Positions 41,410-51,230 of a stretch of DNA of 64,000 bases are shown here, piece by piece (positions within the stretch are counted from its first letter, which is position 1; each line of letters starts with the position of its first letter). Origin of the DNA: Nitrospirota bacterium. Lineage in GTDB: Bacteria; Nitrospirota; Thermodesulfovibrionia; Thermodesulfovibrionales; JdFR-86. The translations under genes were made by a program, and so were the position numbers. The notes beneath the pieces are model-generated. The model did no database searches. It was not told where the DNA came from and saw nothing but the letters and a program-made list of their open reading frames with translations. Location of the stretch: assembly GCA_963721805.1 (NCBI GenBank), contig CAVRJY010000001.1:448001-512000 (forward strand), written 5' to 3'.

Positions 41410-41848
41410 AAAACGTATCCGGGTTCTCGGGCGGGAGTGCGGCCTCGTCAAATGGCATGATACCGAGCTCGGTCATAAGCGCATCTAGCGCGGCGATGCG
41501 GGCAGGGAGGGCGCTGGCGTCCACGCTCCCCGCGAGCGCGTCCTCGACAAGGCACTGAAACGCGTCATAGTCGAATCTCCCGCTGAGTATCCCGGTGCTG
41601 ACGAGGACATCGTATGCGGCCTGCTCGTAGTCGAACGGCTGGTTGGGGATCTCATTTGAGTGCAGGTCGAGCGCGTACTCTATCGCGGCCGAGAGCGCGT
41701 CGCCGAGCGTCACTATCCCGGCCTCGTGCTTGCCCTGCCGTAGGCGCCTCTTGCCGCCCCGGATATGGAGCCGCGCGCGCAGGAGCGGCCCTTCCACTGG
41801 GCCCATATCGCGTTCCTTCATCAGCCCGGCATGCGGCATCTCTCGCAC
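41408..41848 (-). CDS. Conserved-looking hypothetical protein
   Basis: LLRARLHIRGGKRRLRQGK...LGIMPFDEAALPPENPDTF; co-oriented with the upstream operon. Confidence 0.7.
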   Translation of the reverse strand: MREMPHAGLMKERDMGPVEGPLLRARLHIRGGKRRLRQGKHEAGIVTLGDALSAAIEYALDLHSNEIPNQPFDYEQAAYDVLVSTGILSGRFDYDAFQCLVEDALAGSVDASALPARIAALDALMTELGIMPFDEAALPPENPDTF

Positions 41849-41859
41849 CTCATGCCCAA

Positions 41860-42981
41860 TTATATCGCAATGAGCGCCGAGGCGTTAGCCCCCCCGAACC
41901 CGAACGAGCAACAAAGTGCGATGCGGCCATCGACCGCTTGCGCAGCCGCGGAGCACGGTATCGAGGGGAACTCGCTATCCGCGAGCGTGGGGGTCGGCGG
42001 GAGCATTCCCGCGCGAAGCGCCATCACGGCCATCACGGCCTCGAACGCGCCGGACGCGCCGAGCATGTGGCCTGTCATCGACTTAAGCGCGCAGACCGGC
42101 GGGACGCGGCCCTTGAAGACCCCGGCGAGCGCGCTGGCCTCGGAGAGGTCGCCCAGGCGAGTCGCGGCCGCATGAGCGAATACCGCCGAGACATCCCCTG
42201 GAGCGATGCCTGCATCGCGCAGCGCGCGGCCCATCGCGAGGGCCTGGCCCGCGGCGCTCGGGGCGGTTTCGTGCGAGGCGTCCGAGGATGCGCCGAAGCC
42301 GATGACCTCCGCGCATATTTGCGCGCCGCGCCCGCGCGCTTTATCGTAGTCCTCCAGCACCATGACCGCCGCGCCGTCAGCGAGCGTAAACCCGTCGCGT
42401 CCCTTATCGAACGGCCTGACGATGCCGATTTTCGAGAGCACACCGGCCCGGCCATATCCCGCTATGGCGAGCCCGCATACCGGGGCCTCGGCCCCTCCGG
42501 CTATCGCGATCTCGCACCTGCCGCGCCGGATCGCCTCGTACGCCTCGCCTATGGCGTAGAGCCCCGAGGAGCATGCGTTGGAGACGCCGAGCGTCCGGCC
42601 GGTTATGCCGAACCTTATCGCGATGTACGATGCCGCCATCCCGACGGCCGATGCGGACATCGTGTACGCGCCTGGCCTTGTGGCGCATGCGGCCTCGAGC
42701 GTTGCGATGCCACCGCGCGCCGAGCCCACGATCACGTCCGCCTCACGCAGGGCATCGGAGGGGAGCCCGGAGCCGCCGATAGCCTGCGACGCGGCAGCGA
42801 GCGCATACTGCACGAACCTGTCGAGCCGCAGGGCTTCTTTGGGAGTGAGGCAACCGGATGCGTCGATTGAGAGCGCCTCGCGCCCGCCGCGTCCGCCGAT
42901 CATGGCGGCCTCCCACGAGGCGGCCGCTGTGGAACCCAGCGGGCTTACCGCGCCCATACCTGTGATCGCCACCCTGCGCAT
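41860..42981 (-). CDS. Beta-ketoacyl-ACP synthase (FabF-like)
   Basis: RVAITGMGAVSPLG, NACSSG, RPFD..RDGF, KSMTGHMLGA, SFGFGG. Confidence 0.88.
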   Translation of the reverse strand: MRRVAITGMGAVSPLGSTAAASWEAAMIGGRGGREALSIDASGCLTPKEALRLDRFVQYALAAASQAIGGSGLPSDALREADVIVGSARGGIATLEAACATRPGAYTMSASAVGMAASYIAIRFGITGRTLGVSNACSSGLYAIGEAYEAIRRGRCEIAIAGGAEAPVCGLAIAGYGRAGVLSKIGIVRPFDKGRDGFTLADGAAVMVLEDYDKARGRGAQICAEVIGFGASSDASHETAPSAAGQALAMGRALRDAGIAPGDVSAVFAHAAATRLGDLSEASALAGVFKGRVPPVCALKSMTGHMLGASGAFEAVMAVMALRAGMLPPTPTLADSEFPSIPCSAAAQAVDGRIALCCSFGFGGANASALIAI

Positions 42982-43027
42982 TGTAAACTATTTTAGCACA
43001 GAGGGTTTACTGGATAAGAGGGGCACG

Positions 43028-43834
43028 TCAGCCCCTTAGCCTGCCGATGACGAGCGAGACCGCGAAGATCCCGAACGCGGTGCCTATGACCGCCGGGCCC
43101 GAGGGGATGTTGAGGTAGTATGAGGAGAGGATGCCCGCGCCGAACGAGGTTATGCCCACTACCGGCGCGATCACCGTAAACTGCCTGAAACTGCGGCTCA
43201 GGAGCTTGGCCGACGCGGCAGGTATCACGACCATCGCGTTTGCGAGTATCACGCCGATGAGCTTGATGCTCAGCGCGATGGCAAGCGCGATGAACCCGAT
43301 CAGGACGTAGTCGTATGCGCGCACCGGGACGCCCTCGGCCTGCGCGATCTCCGGCAGGAACGAGGCCTTCAAGAGCCGCCGCATGTTCATGGCGAGGAAT
43401 ACCGCGAACGCCGCAAGCAGCCCGGCCGAAAGCAGGATGTCGCGCGTGCCGATCAGGAGTATGTCGCCGAAGAGAAACTGCATGAGCGTGGCCTGCCCGA
43501 TCCCCTTGACCGAGATGATGATGATGCCGGCGGCCACCGCCCCGCCGTAAAATACCCCGAGCACGGTGTCTCGCGAGAGGCTGAAGGAGTTCCATACGGC
43601 CGCCACGGTGAAGGCCATCACGAGGCTGTAGGGGATCAGAAATAAAGCGGGGTCGGCGTTCAGCATCAGCGCGAGCGCCGCGCCCAGGATCGCGGAGTGG
43701 GCGATGAAGTCCGAAAAAAACGACATCCCGCGCGTGACCACGAATATGCCCATGAGCGAAAACAACGCCCCGAGGATGACGCCAGCAAGGAGCGCCGAGC
43801 GCATGAAGCCGTAGTCCAGCGCCTCAATGCCCAC
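43028..43834 (-). CDS. znuB: Zn/Mn ABC transporter permease
   Basis: GIFVVTRGMSFFSDFIAHSA, FLFGDIL, PSGPAVI. Confidence 0.88.
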   Translation of the reverse strand: MGIEALDYGFMRSALLAGVILGALFSLMGIFVVTRGMSFFSDFIAHSAILGAALALMLNADPALFLIPYSLVMAFTVAAVWNSFSLSRDTVLGVFYGGAVAAGIIIISVKGIGQATLMQFLFGDILLIGTRDILLSAGLLAAFAVFLAMNMRRLLKASFLPEIAQAEGVPVRAYDYVLIGFIALAIALSIKLIGVILANAMVVIPAASAKLLSRSFRQFTVIAPVVGITSFGAGILSSYYLNIPSGPAVIGTAFGIFAVSLVIGRLRG

Positions 43835-44585
43835 AGTTGCAGCCCCCATCCGTCTGCGAGCAGCCTGCGACATGCAGGATGCACTTGCCGCCTACGTGGT
43901 GCGTGCTCCCGGAGAGCCCGGCCACGCTTGCGTCGAGCTCCGGCGCACCGGCAGGCATGAAGAACCAGTGGCCCTCGCCCCCGAGCCCGAGCACGTGGGT
44001 CGAGACCGGCCGCAGGGAGTGGAAGTCGTGCGATACGACAACGATGGCGATGCCTTTCTTGCGGAACTCCTCGATGATGCAGATGATGCAGTCCGCGCCG
44101 CGCGTGTCGACCCAGCTCGTCGGCTCGTCCATCACGAGCAGGCCGGGCTCCTTCGTGACCGCGTACGCGAGCAGCGCGCGCTGCATCTGCCCGCCCGAGA
44201 GCTCTCCCACGCGGCGGCCAAGCAGCGGGCGCAGCTCCAGCAGGTCGAGGTATTTCCCCATGTCAGCGTCCGGCGCGCTCAGGGCGAGCATCTCCCTGAG
44301 CGTGATCGGGAAGCTGCGGTCGAACTCAAGGCGCTGCGGGATGTATGCGACCCTGCGCTCGGCCTCGCTGGGCGCGAGCCTTTTGTGGCCGAAGTACTCG
44401 AAGCTCCCTGCCTTGAGCGGCAGCATCCGGAGCATGGCCTTAAGCAGCGTGGTCTTGCCCGAGCCGTTGGGGCCGATCACGGCCATGACCTCGCCCGGGC
44501 CGAGCGCGAACGTGACGCCGTTTAGCACCGCGCGCTCGCCATATCCGGCGGTGACCCCGTCAGCCCTTAGGACGTCCGGGCTCAT
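43824..44585 (-). CDS. znuC: Zn/Mn ABC transporter ATPase
   Basis: GPNGSGKTT, YIPQR, LSGGQMQR, MDEP, VSHD. Confidence 0.88.
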   Translation of the reverse strand: MSPDVLRADGVTAGYGERAVLNGVTFALGPGEVMAVIGPNGSGKTTLLKAMLRMLPLKAGSFEYFGHKRLAPSEAERRVAYIPQRLEFDRSFPITLREMLALSAPDADMGKYLDLLELRPLLGRRVGELSGGQMQRALLAYAVTKEPGLLVMDEPTSWVDTRGADCIICIIEEFRKKGIAIVVVSHDFHSLRPVSTHVLGLGGEGHWFFMPAGAPELDASVAGLSGSTHHVGGKCILHVAGCSQTDGGCNCGH

Positions 44586-45424
44586 CTGGCGCACTCAAGG
44601 ATGGTCTTCAGGTTTCTGTGCATGGCCTCCTCATAATAACCGGGTTCATCCCTGCCCAGCTCAAGCGACGAGATGCCGCACATGCGCACCCCGACGTCGC
44701 GGCTGAGCTTCTCCATCTCGGCCGGAGGGAACCCCTCTTCCATGAAAACCGCGGCTACGGCCTTCCTCCTCGCCATGTCATGGAGCCTGGCCATGCTGGC
44801 CGGCAGCGGCGCATCGCCGGTCGGGCCGCTCAGGGAGAATGCATCGAGCCCGTAGCGCTCGGCGAAATATGCCATAAATGCATGGTACGTCACTATGTTG
44901 CGGTTGGCAAGGGGCCGGAGGCCCTTTTCTATCTCGGCATCGAGCGCGGTGAGGCTTCTGATATAACCCTCGGCGTTGCGCCTGTATGCGTCCGCGTTTA
45001 CCGGGTCGGCCTTCGCCATCGCGGCCTCTATGTTGCGCACCTGCTGCATCGCACGGCGGGGGTCCATCCAGACGTGAGGGTTCGTGGCGCTGCCCGTGCC
45101 GATGAGCCTGACCCCGGCCGAGGTGTCCACGATGCGCTCCCTGCGGCCGAAGGGCCTCATCATCACGTCCTCGAGCCCGGCGCCGTTTAGGAGTATGAGC
45201 CCGGCCTGATCGAGCCGCTTGATGTCCTGCGGCCTGAGGCTGAACTCATGGACGTCCTCGCCGGGCGGCACGAGCAGGCTGACCTTCATCAGCCCGCCCG
45301 AGACGTTCTCGGCGAATATCGCTATCGGCAGGAACGAGGCCACCGCGGAGAGCTGCCCGGCCATCGCGTTTCCGGCCGTCATGAACGCCATAAGCGCGGT
45401 CAGCGCAAGTATCTTCGCCTTCAT
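44582..45424 (-). CDS. znuA: Zn/Mn ABC transporter substrate-binding protein
   Basis: DVHEF, NGAGLE, NPHVWMDP, YHAFMAYFAERYG. Confidence 0.88.
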   Translation of the reverse strand: MKAKILALTALMAFMTAGNAMAGQLSAVASFLPIAIFAENVSGGLMKVSLLVPPGEDVHEFSLRPQDIKRLDQAGLILLNGAGLEDVMMRPFGRRERIVDTSAGVRLIGTGSATNPHVWMDPRRAMQQVRNIEAAMAKADPVNADAYRRNAEGYIRSLTALDAEIEKGLRPLANRNIVTYHAFMAYFAERYGLDAFSLSGPTGDAPLPASMARLHDMARRKAVAAVFMEEGFPPAEMEKLSRDVGVRMCGISSLELGRDEPGYYEEAMHRNLKTILECAR

Positions 45425-45430
45425 CTCCGG

Positions 45431-46258
45431 TCAGAACCCGACCGAAACGGTCACGCCGCCCCAGAGCACGTGGCTGTCGCCGCCGTCGCCCACTGCCATG
45501 CGCGCGTCGCTGATCGCGTAACTCGCGTCCTTGCTCAGCGGGAAGTCGTACATTATCGAGGGCACTATCGTTATGGCCTTCGTCGCCGGTATGCTCACGT
45601 TGGCGCCGAGCTCGCCGTAGTACGGCCCGTTAAACCGCTTGCCGTCCTGGTTGACCCCCATGGTCGCGTTTTTGAAGTTAAACCCGGCCGAGGCGCAGCC
45701 GCCCACGGTAATGCCGCGCCAGAGCTCAGGGCTCTGCTGGCTCAAGCCGAGTATCATAAACCCGCCGCCCTTGCCGAGCCTGAGGTCCTGATAGTACGTG
45801 AGCGTCGGGGTGAGTATCGTGTCGTATGAGGCCGAGACGAAGGCCTCCTCGGTGTTGGCGTCCTTGAATCCCAGGTAGCTGTAGCCCGCGCTCATCGTGA
45901 GGGCCTTGAGCGTATAGGTGTATTTAAGCGTCAGGTCGGTCTCGGTGACCTCGCTCAGATGGCGGCCGGTGTCGTAATTCGCCCAGACGTTCATGTTAAA
46001 ACCATGGTAGTCGAAGTCTATCGAGGGCTGGACCACGCCACTGCGGCTTAAGACCTCTCCGCGCGAGACGTACCGGCTCATGTAGCTTACGGACGCGTCA
46101 GCCGAGGTGGTCGTCTCCTCCGGCGCGGCGACCGCCTCCTTGCCGCCCTCGCCCGGGTCTGCCGGCGCTTTGCTGCTTACATCGTCCGCCATCGCGGCCC
46201 CGGCAGCCATAAGCAGCATGACCGCCGCGAGCAACATGCTTAACGCCTTCCTTGTCAA
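45431..46258 (-). CDS. Putative outer-membrane beta-barrel protein
   Basis: Signal peptide; SRYVSRG..VVQP, ETDLTL.Y, alternating strands, terminal Phe (VSVGF). Confidence 0.7.
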   Translation of the reverse strand: MTRKALSMLLAAVMLLMAAGAAMADDVSSKAPADPGEGGKEAVAAPEETTTSADASVSYMSRYVSRGEVLSRSGVVQPSIDFDYHGFNMNVWANYDTGRHLSEVTETDLTLKYTYTLKALTMSAGYSYLGFKDANTEEAFVSASYDTILTPTLTYYQDLRLGKGGGFMILGLSQQSPELWRGITVGGCASAGFNFKNATMGVNQDGKRFNGPYYGELGANVSIPATKAITIVPSIMYDFPLSKDASYAISDARMAVGDGGDSHVLWGGVTVSVGF

Positions 46259-46277
46259 TTCATTCCCCTCCCGATCC

Positions 46278-46715
46278 CTATCGCCTGCATTGCGAGCAGA
46301 GCCCCTCTATGTGCAGGGAGTGGCTCTTGACCTCGCCCTTCAGGTGCTTCTCGATGAACCTCTCGACCTCCGCGAAGTTGCAGTACTCGACCTCCTCGAC
46401 CTTCCGGCAGCGCTGGCAGACGAAGTGGTGATGGTGGTGCTCCTCAGGCATGCGGCAGAGCATGTAGGTGAGTTCGCGCGAGGGCACCGGCATCAGCGCG
46501 CCTAGCTCCTTAAGCTCTTCAAGTATGCGGTATACCGTAGGCAGCCCGAGCGTGGGGATCTCCTTGATCAGGCCCTCGCGCACCTCGTGCGGCCCCATGC
46601 ACCGGTTCTCCCTGAGGAAGAGCCCGAGCACGGCCTTGCGCTTCGGCGTGACCTTGAGCCCGCCCTGCCTGAGCATCGCCTCATACCGTTCGGTGCAAAT
46701 AGAATTCATTTCCAT
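46278..46715 (-). CDS. zur: Fur-family regulator, probably Zur
   Basis: TPKRKAVL, LPTVYRIL, HHHHHFVCQRC, GLCSQC; heads a znuABC-like operon. Confidence 0.85.
   Translation of the reverse strand: MEMNSICTERYEAMLRQGGLKVTPKRKAVLGLFLRENRCMGPHEVREGLIKEIPTLGLPTVYRILEELKELGALMPVPSRELTYMLCRMPEEHHHHHFVCQRCRKVEEVEYCNFAEVERFIEKHLKGEVKSHSLHIEGLCSQCRR
46694..46714. promoter_or_regulatory. Candidate Fur/Zur operator overlapping the regulator start
   Basis: TGCAAAT-N7-ATTTCCA AT-rich inverted repeat. Confidence 0.45.
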
Positions 46716-46793
46716 CTAAATTATCACGCATCATGTGCTAAGTCAAGCTTTATATGACCGGGATCAGGGAATTTCTCTAAAGGAGGCGCTACA

Positions 46794-47044
46794 ATTAATC
46801 CAGGAGGACGGCCTTCATAGCGCTCATAGTATGCATAGCTCTCTGCGGCGGCGTTGCATCGGCCGGGGGGTTCGTCTGCACCGAGTGCCACAGCAAGGAC
46901 CCGAAGATGAGGGCCATGCACGAGGCGCTTGGGTTCAAGGGCTGCGAGGCGTGCCACGCCTCGCGCACGGACGTTAAGTTCACGGACGAGGCCAAGCGCA
47001 ACCGCTCAAAGGACCCCCGCTGTGTGCGCTGCCACCAGAAATAA
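46794..47044 (+). CDS. Small triheme cytochrome c; start codon disrupted in this sequence
   Basis: AAGGAGG RBS, then SRRTAFIALIVCIALCGGVASA signal, CTECH, CEACH, CVRCH, TAA. Confidence 0.75.
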
Positions 47045-47136
47045 AGCCGTTGACCTTGCGGGGGGCCGACTGGCCCATCTCACTATTCGCGGGGTCATGG
47101 ACCCCTCTCACTATTCGCGCCATAGCGCTCATCTCT
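47045..47136 (+). repeat. Family A 5' stub followed by repeat family B copy
   Basis: GCCGTTGACCTTGCGGGGGG then GGGGCCGACTGGCCC..CTATTCGCGGGGTCATGGACCCC.. Confidence 0.85.
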
Positions 47137-47140
47137 TATT

Positions 47141-47316
47141 AAAGCCTTTGACCTTGTGGGGTGCGGGGGGCTTTTTTATTCTCTCCCCCCGAAAGCGCGC
47201 CCAAATCGTCTTCAGACAAGGAACAACGAGCGGACCGCCCGGAGGCGTATATAGACATACGTCGAGGACGAGGCCGCGAGTTGTGACGCAGTATCAAGCG
47301 ATTTGGGGCGCTTTCA
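47141..47316 (+). repeat. Family A copy A13
   Basis: GCCTTTGACCTTGTGGGG...GAAAGCGCGCCCAAATCGTCTTCAGACAAGG...CGATTTGGGGCGCTTTC. Confidence 0.9.
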
Positions 47317-47325
47317 AAAAACCAT

Positions 47326-49119
47326 CTACCCCTCACCCAGTGCCTCTTTAACCGCGCGCGCGGCGGCGAGGTTCATCCCCGGCGTGGCCGCGATCTCCTC
47401 CTCGGTGGCCTCGCGCATCTCGTCATAGCTCGCGAAGCGTTTTAAGAGTTCGACCCTCCGCTTTGAGCCTATGCCCTTGATGCCCTCAAGCGGAGAGCGC
47501 ACCTGCCGCTTGGCGCGCAGGCTCCGGTGAAACGTGATCGCGGAGCGGTGGACCTCGTCGCGGATGCGGCGCAGGAGCAGCGACGAAGGGCTCGGGTCCG
47601 TGATCCCGACCTGCTCTCCGCCGCAGGGCAGGTATATGCGGTCCGGGTCCTTGGCGAGCGAGACGACGTGCGGCGGATGCTCCAGCTTGAGTCCCTCGAC
47701 CGCCTCTAAGGCGGCCATCAGGTGGCCGGCCCCGCCGTCGATCACGACTACCTCTGGGAGTTCGATGTCCTTAAGCACGCGGCGGATCGCCTCCTGCATC
47801 ATCGCGTAGTCGTCGACGCCCTCGACCTCCCTGATCTTGACGAGCCGGTAGCCGTCCTTTTTAAACCGCCCGTCCTCCCAGAGTATGAACGCCCCGACCG
47901 GCTCCGAGCCCGAGAGGTTCGAGATGTCAAACGCGCCGATGCTGCGCGGCGCGTGGTCAAGGCCGAGCTTCCGTCCGACCTCATTAAGCATCTCGTCCGA
48001 GCACTCCATCCGGCGGCGCGAGAGCTCGACCCGCGCGTTTTCCTCGGCCATGTGCAGCAGGTCGTGCTTCTTGCCGCGCTTGGGTGTCATGAGGTGGACG
48101 CGGCCTCCACGAAGCCCTCCGAGCCATTGCTCGAGCTCTTCGGCGGCCTCCGGCTCCGCGGTAGCGTACACGGCGGGCGGCGGGACTAAAACACCGGAAT
48201 ACAGCGATTCTAGCACCCCGTGCATCAGCTCGGCCTCATCGACCCCGCCCATGCCCTTAAGATAGAAGTTCTTGGCCCCGATCATTATGCCCTCGCGGAT
48301 GAAGAAGACCGAGCAGGCCGCGTCGCCGCCATCGCGGGTTAACCCTAAAACGTCCGCGTCGCCTAGCTCCGGGGCCACGACCTTCTGGGACTCGAACGCC
48401 GCGCGCAGCGCGCGGATGCTGTCTCTGACCTCGGCCGCGTCCTCGTACCGCTGTTCCTCCGAGAGCGCGAGCATCCGCGCCTCGAGCTCGTCCATGAGCT
48501 CGGTCTTCTTGCCGCGCAGGAACAGGATCGTGTCCTCTACCGAGCGCATGTAAATGTCGCGGTCGATCAGTCCGGCGCAGGGCGCGGGGCAGCGGCCCAT
48601 CTGGTGCTGGATGCAGGGGCGCATCGGTCTCTCCAGCCTGTAACGGCATGGCCGGATGCCGAACGTCCGGCGGATGAACCGCAGGGCCTCGTACATCGCC
48701 GAGGCCGGGACGTAAGGGCCGAAGTATACAGCGCCGTCGCGCTTTATGCGGCGGACGACGTCGAGCTTGGGCCAGGCCTCCTTTGGATCGATCCGCAGGT
48801 ACGGGTAGTTCTTGTCGTCACGGAGTATGACGTTATATTTCGGGCGGTACTGCTTGATGAGGTTGGCCTCGAGCGCCAGGGCTTCAAGCTCGTTGTCAGT
48901 GACGATGAAGCTCATGTCGCGTATGGTGCGCACCATCGTTTGCTTGCGCGCGTCGAGACCGGACGATGCGCGGAAGTATGAGCCCACTCTGGCGCGGAGG
49001 TCCTTGGCCTTGCCGACGTAGATCACGTGCTCGCCGGAGGCTTTGAAGAGATACACGCCCGGCCTGTGCGGGAGCTCGGCCAGGGGGCGGGGAGGGGTTA
49101 TCTCGGTTATCTCATCCAT
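47326..49119 (-). CDS. uvrC: Excinuclease ABC subunit C
   Basis: PGVYLFK..IYVGKAKDLR, FGPY, FDISN, IDGG, IRDEVHR, HhH; ATG 49119 (upstream extension is repeat A14). Confidence 0.97.
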   Translation of the reverse strand: MDEITEITPPRPLAELPHRPGVYLFKASGEHVIYVGKAKDLRARVGSYFRASSGLDARKQTMVRTIRDMSFIVTDNELEALALEANLIKQYRPKYNVILRDDKNYPYLRIDPKEAWPKLDVVRRIKRDGAVYFGPYVPASAMYEALRFIRRTFGIRPCRYRLERPMRPCIQHQMGRCPAPCAGLIDRDIYMRSVEDTILFLRGKKTELMDELEARMLALSEEQRYEDAAEVRDSIRALRAAFESQKVVAPELGDADVLGLTRDGGDAACSVFFIREGIMIGAKNFYLKGMGGVDEAELMHGVLESLYSGVLVPPPAVYATAEPEAAEELEQWLGGLRGGRVHLMTPKRGKKHDLLHMAEENARVELSRRRMECSDEMLNEVGRKLGLDHAPRSIGAFDISNLSGSEPVGAFILWEDGRFKKDGYRLVKIREVEGVDDYAMMQEAIRRVLKDIELPEVVVIDGGAGHLMAALEAVEGLKLEHPPHVVSLAKDPDRIYLPCGGEQVGITDPSPSSLLLRRIRDEVHRSAITFHRSLRAKRQVRSPLEGIKGIGSKRRVELLKRFASYDEMREATEEEIAATPGMNLAAARAVKEALGEG

Positions 49120-49126
49120 GGCTTTT

Positions 49127-49298
49127 AGAAAGCGCTCCAAATCGCTTGATACTGCGTTGGGCATCAAAGACTCGCCCTCTATGTACGTCACAGTACACCA
49201 TCGGGCGGTCTTCTCGCCCTGCCTTGTCTGAAGACGATTTGGGCGCGCTTTCGGGGGGCACTGCAAAGAACGCCCCCCGCACCCCGAAGGTCAACTGC
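49127..49298 (-). repeat. Family A copy A14
   Basis: Near-identical core to A3 and A15. Confidence 0.95.
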
Positions 49299-49407
49299 TC
49301 AGTTGGATGAATTATTGAGCGTGTTAGCCTCATTCCGTATTGAATCATATGGCGGGGCCGAAAGTCGATAAAGCGGAGCTGATGATCTGACAATAAATTA
49401 CGGGTGC

Positions 49408-50667
49408 TTACGCGGATTCCTTTTCTCTGGAAACCACAGCCCCTAGGGCTTGAAGTTTAAGTTCCATGGATTCGTATCCCCGGTCGAGGTGGTATATGCG
49501 GTGGACATTGCTGCGCCCCTTGGCCGCGAGGGCTGCGACTACTAATGATGCGCTTGCGCGGAGGTCCGTGGCCATAACGTCCGCGCCGGTGAGTTCGGCC
49601 ACGCCGCGCACGGTCGCGATATGCCCGTTGAGGCTGATGTCCGCGCCCATGCGCTGAAGCTCTGCCACGTGCATAAAACGGTTCTCGAATATGTTTTCGC
49701 TTATCACGCTCGTGCCGTCCGCGATGCACATGAGCGCCATGAACTGGGCCTGCATGTCGGTCGGGAACCCGGGGTAGGGCCGGGTCGAGATGTCGCACGC
49801 GGTCAGGCAATCCGGCCCCTTCACGCGGAGTCCGGTGGCCGTGGGCTTGAGCTTCACCCCGGCCTCCATGAACTTCAGCATCACCGCGTCATCGGGCGCG
49901 TCCTCGATCCCACGGAGCGTTACCTCGCCGCCGGTTATCGCGGCCGCTGCCATGAACGTGCCCGCCTCGATGCGGTCCGGGATCACGGTGTGGTCAAAGG
50001 GCTTAAGCTCATCGACGCCGCTGATCTCTATGACGCTCGTGCCCGCGCCGGTGATCTTCGCGCCCATCGAGCGAAGCAGCGCGGCTGTGTATATGACCTC
50101 CGGCTCCATGGCCGAGTTCTCCAGCACGGTGGTGCCTTTGGCGAGCGCTGCGGCCATCATCAGATTCTCGGTGCCGGTGACGGTCGGTACGTCGAAGTAT
50201 ATCCTTGCCCCGTGGAGGCGCTTGGCCTTTGCAGAGACATACCCGCCCTCGAGCGTGATCTTCGCGCCCATCTTTTCCAGTCCCATCAGGTGCAGGTTAA
50301 TCGGCCTCGCGCCTATCGCGCAGCCGCCGGGTAGCGATACCCGTGCTCGTCCGTATCTCGCGACCAGCGGGCCCAATACGAGCACGGACGCGCGCATCGT
50401 CTTTACGAGTTCATACGGGGCCTCGAAGTTGCCGACCGCGCCGGTATCTATCTCTGCCACGCCGTCTTCGTGCGTAAACCCGCAGCCCATGTTGCCCAGA
50501 AGCCTGCCCATAGTGCTAATATCCATCAGCCGCGGGACGCGCTTAAGGCGGCTTTTGCCGCGGGCGAGCAGGGCGGCCGTAAGCGCCGGGAGCGCGGCGT
50601 TCTTCGAGCCGCCGATCTCGACCGAGCCCTTTAATTTAACCCCGCCCTCGATAACAAACTTATCCAT
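49408..50667 (-). CDS. murA: UDP-N-acetylglucosamine 1-carboxyvinyltransferase
   Basis: [37 protein letters not shown]. Confidence 0.98.
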   Translation of the reverse strand: MDKFVIEGGVKLKGSVEIGGSKNAALPALTAALLARGKSRLKRVPRLMDISTMGRLLGNMGCGFTHEDGVAEIDTGAVGNFEAPYELVKTMRASVLVLGPLVARYGRARVSLPGGCAIGARPINLHLMGLEKMGAKITLEGGYVSAKAKRLHGARIYFDVPTVTGTENLMMAAALAKGTTVLENSAMEPEVIYTAALLRSMGAKITGAGTSVIEISGVDELKPFDHTVIPDRIEAGTFMAAAAITGGEVTLRGIEDAPDDAVMLKFMEAGVKLKPTATGLRVKGPDCLTACDISTRPYPGFPTDMQAQFMALMCIADGTSVISENIFENRFMHVAELQRMGADISLNGHIATVRGVAELTGADVMATDLRASASLVVAALAAKGRSNVHRIYHLDRGYESMELKLQALGAVVSREKESA

Positions 50668-50717
50668 CGTCAGAAATCATATCATTTGCGCATAAACGCG
50701 GGCAAACGGTGAGTGTT

Positions 50718-50896
50718 AAAGCGCTCCAAATCGCTTGATACTTCGTTGGGCATCGAAGACTCGCCCTCTATGTACGTCACAGTACACCATCGGGCGGTCT
50801 TCTTGCCCTGCCTTGTCTGAAGACGATCTGGGCGCGCTTTCGGGGGGCGAGGATGACGGACGCCCCCCGCGCCTCGTGGTCAACGGCATGATTTGA
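50718..50896 (-). repeat. Family A copy A15
   Basis: Full-length match to the A consensus. Confidence 0.95.
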
Positions 50897-51230
50897 GGGC
50901 CGGTCATACGCATATATACGCATACCGCGCGCGCGTTTTATTTTATGTGTTCGGATGTTTGAGGCAAATAAGCGGATAATCCTATGGAAAACATCGTTTT
51001 TCTGAGTCCGGCGCTGTTCGGATGTTCGGATAAAAAGCGTGAGATTTGCCGATCTATCCGAACACCCGGCGCAACCTCTTGCTTCCCCCGCCCCGCCCAT
51101 CAAAAATGCTCTTATCTTACTCATGCCACCACTATACACCAAAGACCACCAAACTTTGGTTTATATCCACCGAAAAAAATAAGGTCCGTGCGTTTTCTAT
51201 TAACTTTCGACTAACTACTGTTAATTAAGG
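50897..51230 (-). repeat. Family C arm attached to A15
   Basis: TGTTCGGATGTTCGGATAAAAAGCG, ACCACCAAACTTTGGTTTATAT, CGTGCGTTTTCTATTAACTTTCGACTAACTACTGTTAAT; inverted match to 31915-32230. Confidence 0.88.

Noticed and set aside
49119..49266. N-terminal extensions of UvrC and of the 18221 gene, and recurring ORFs such as PPKARPNRLQTRQGEKTARWCTVTY
   Set aside because: These are translations of repeat A. Frames and starts are not conserved among copies, and conservation follows base pairing rather than codons.
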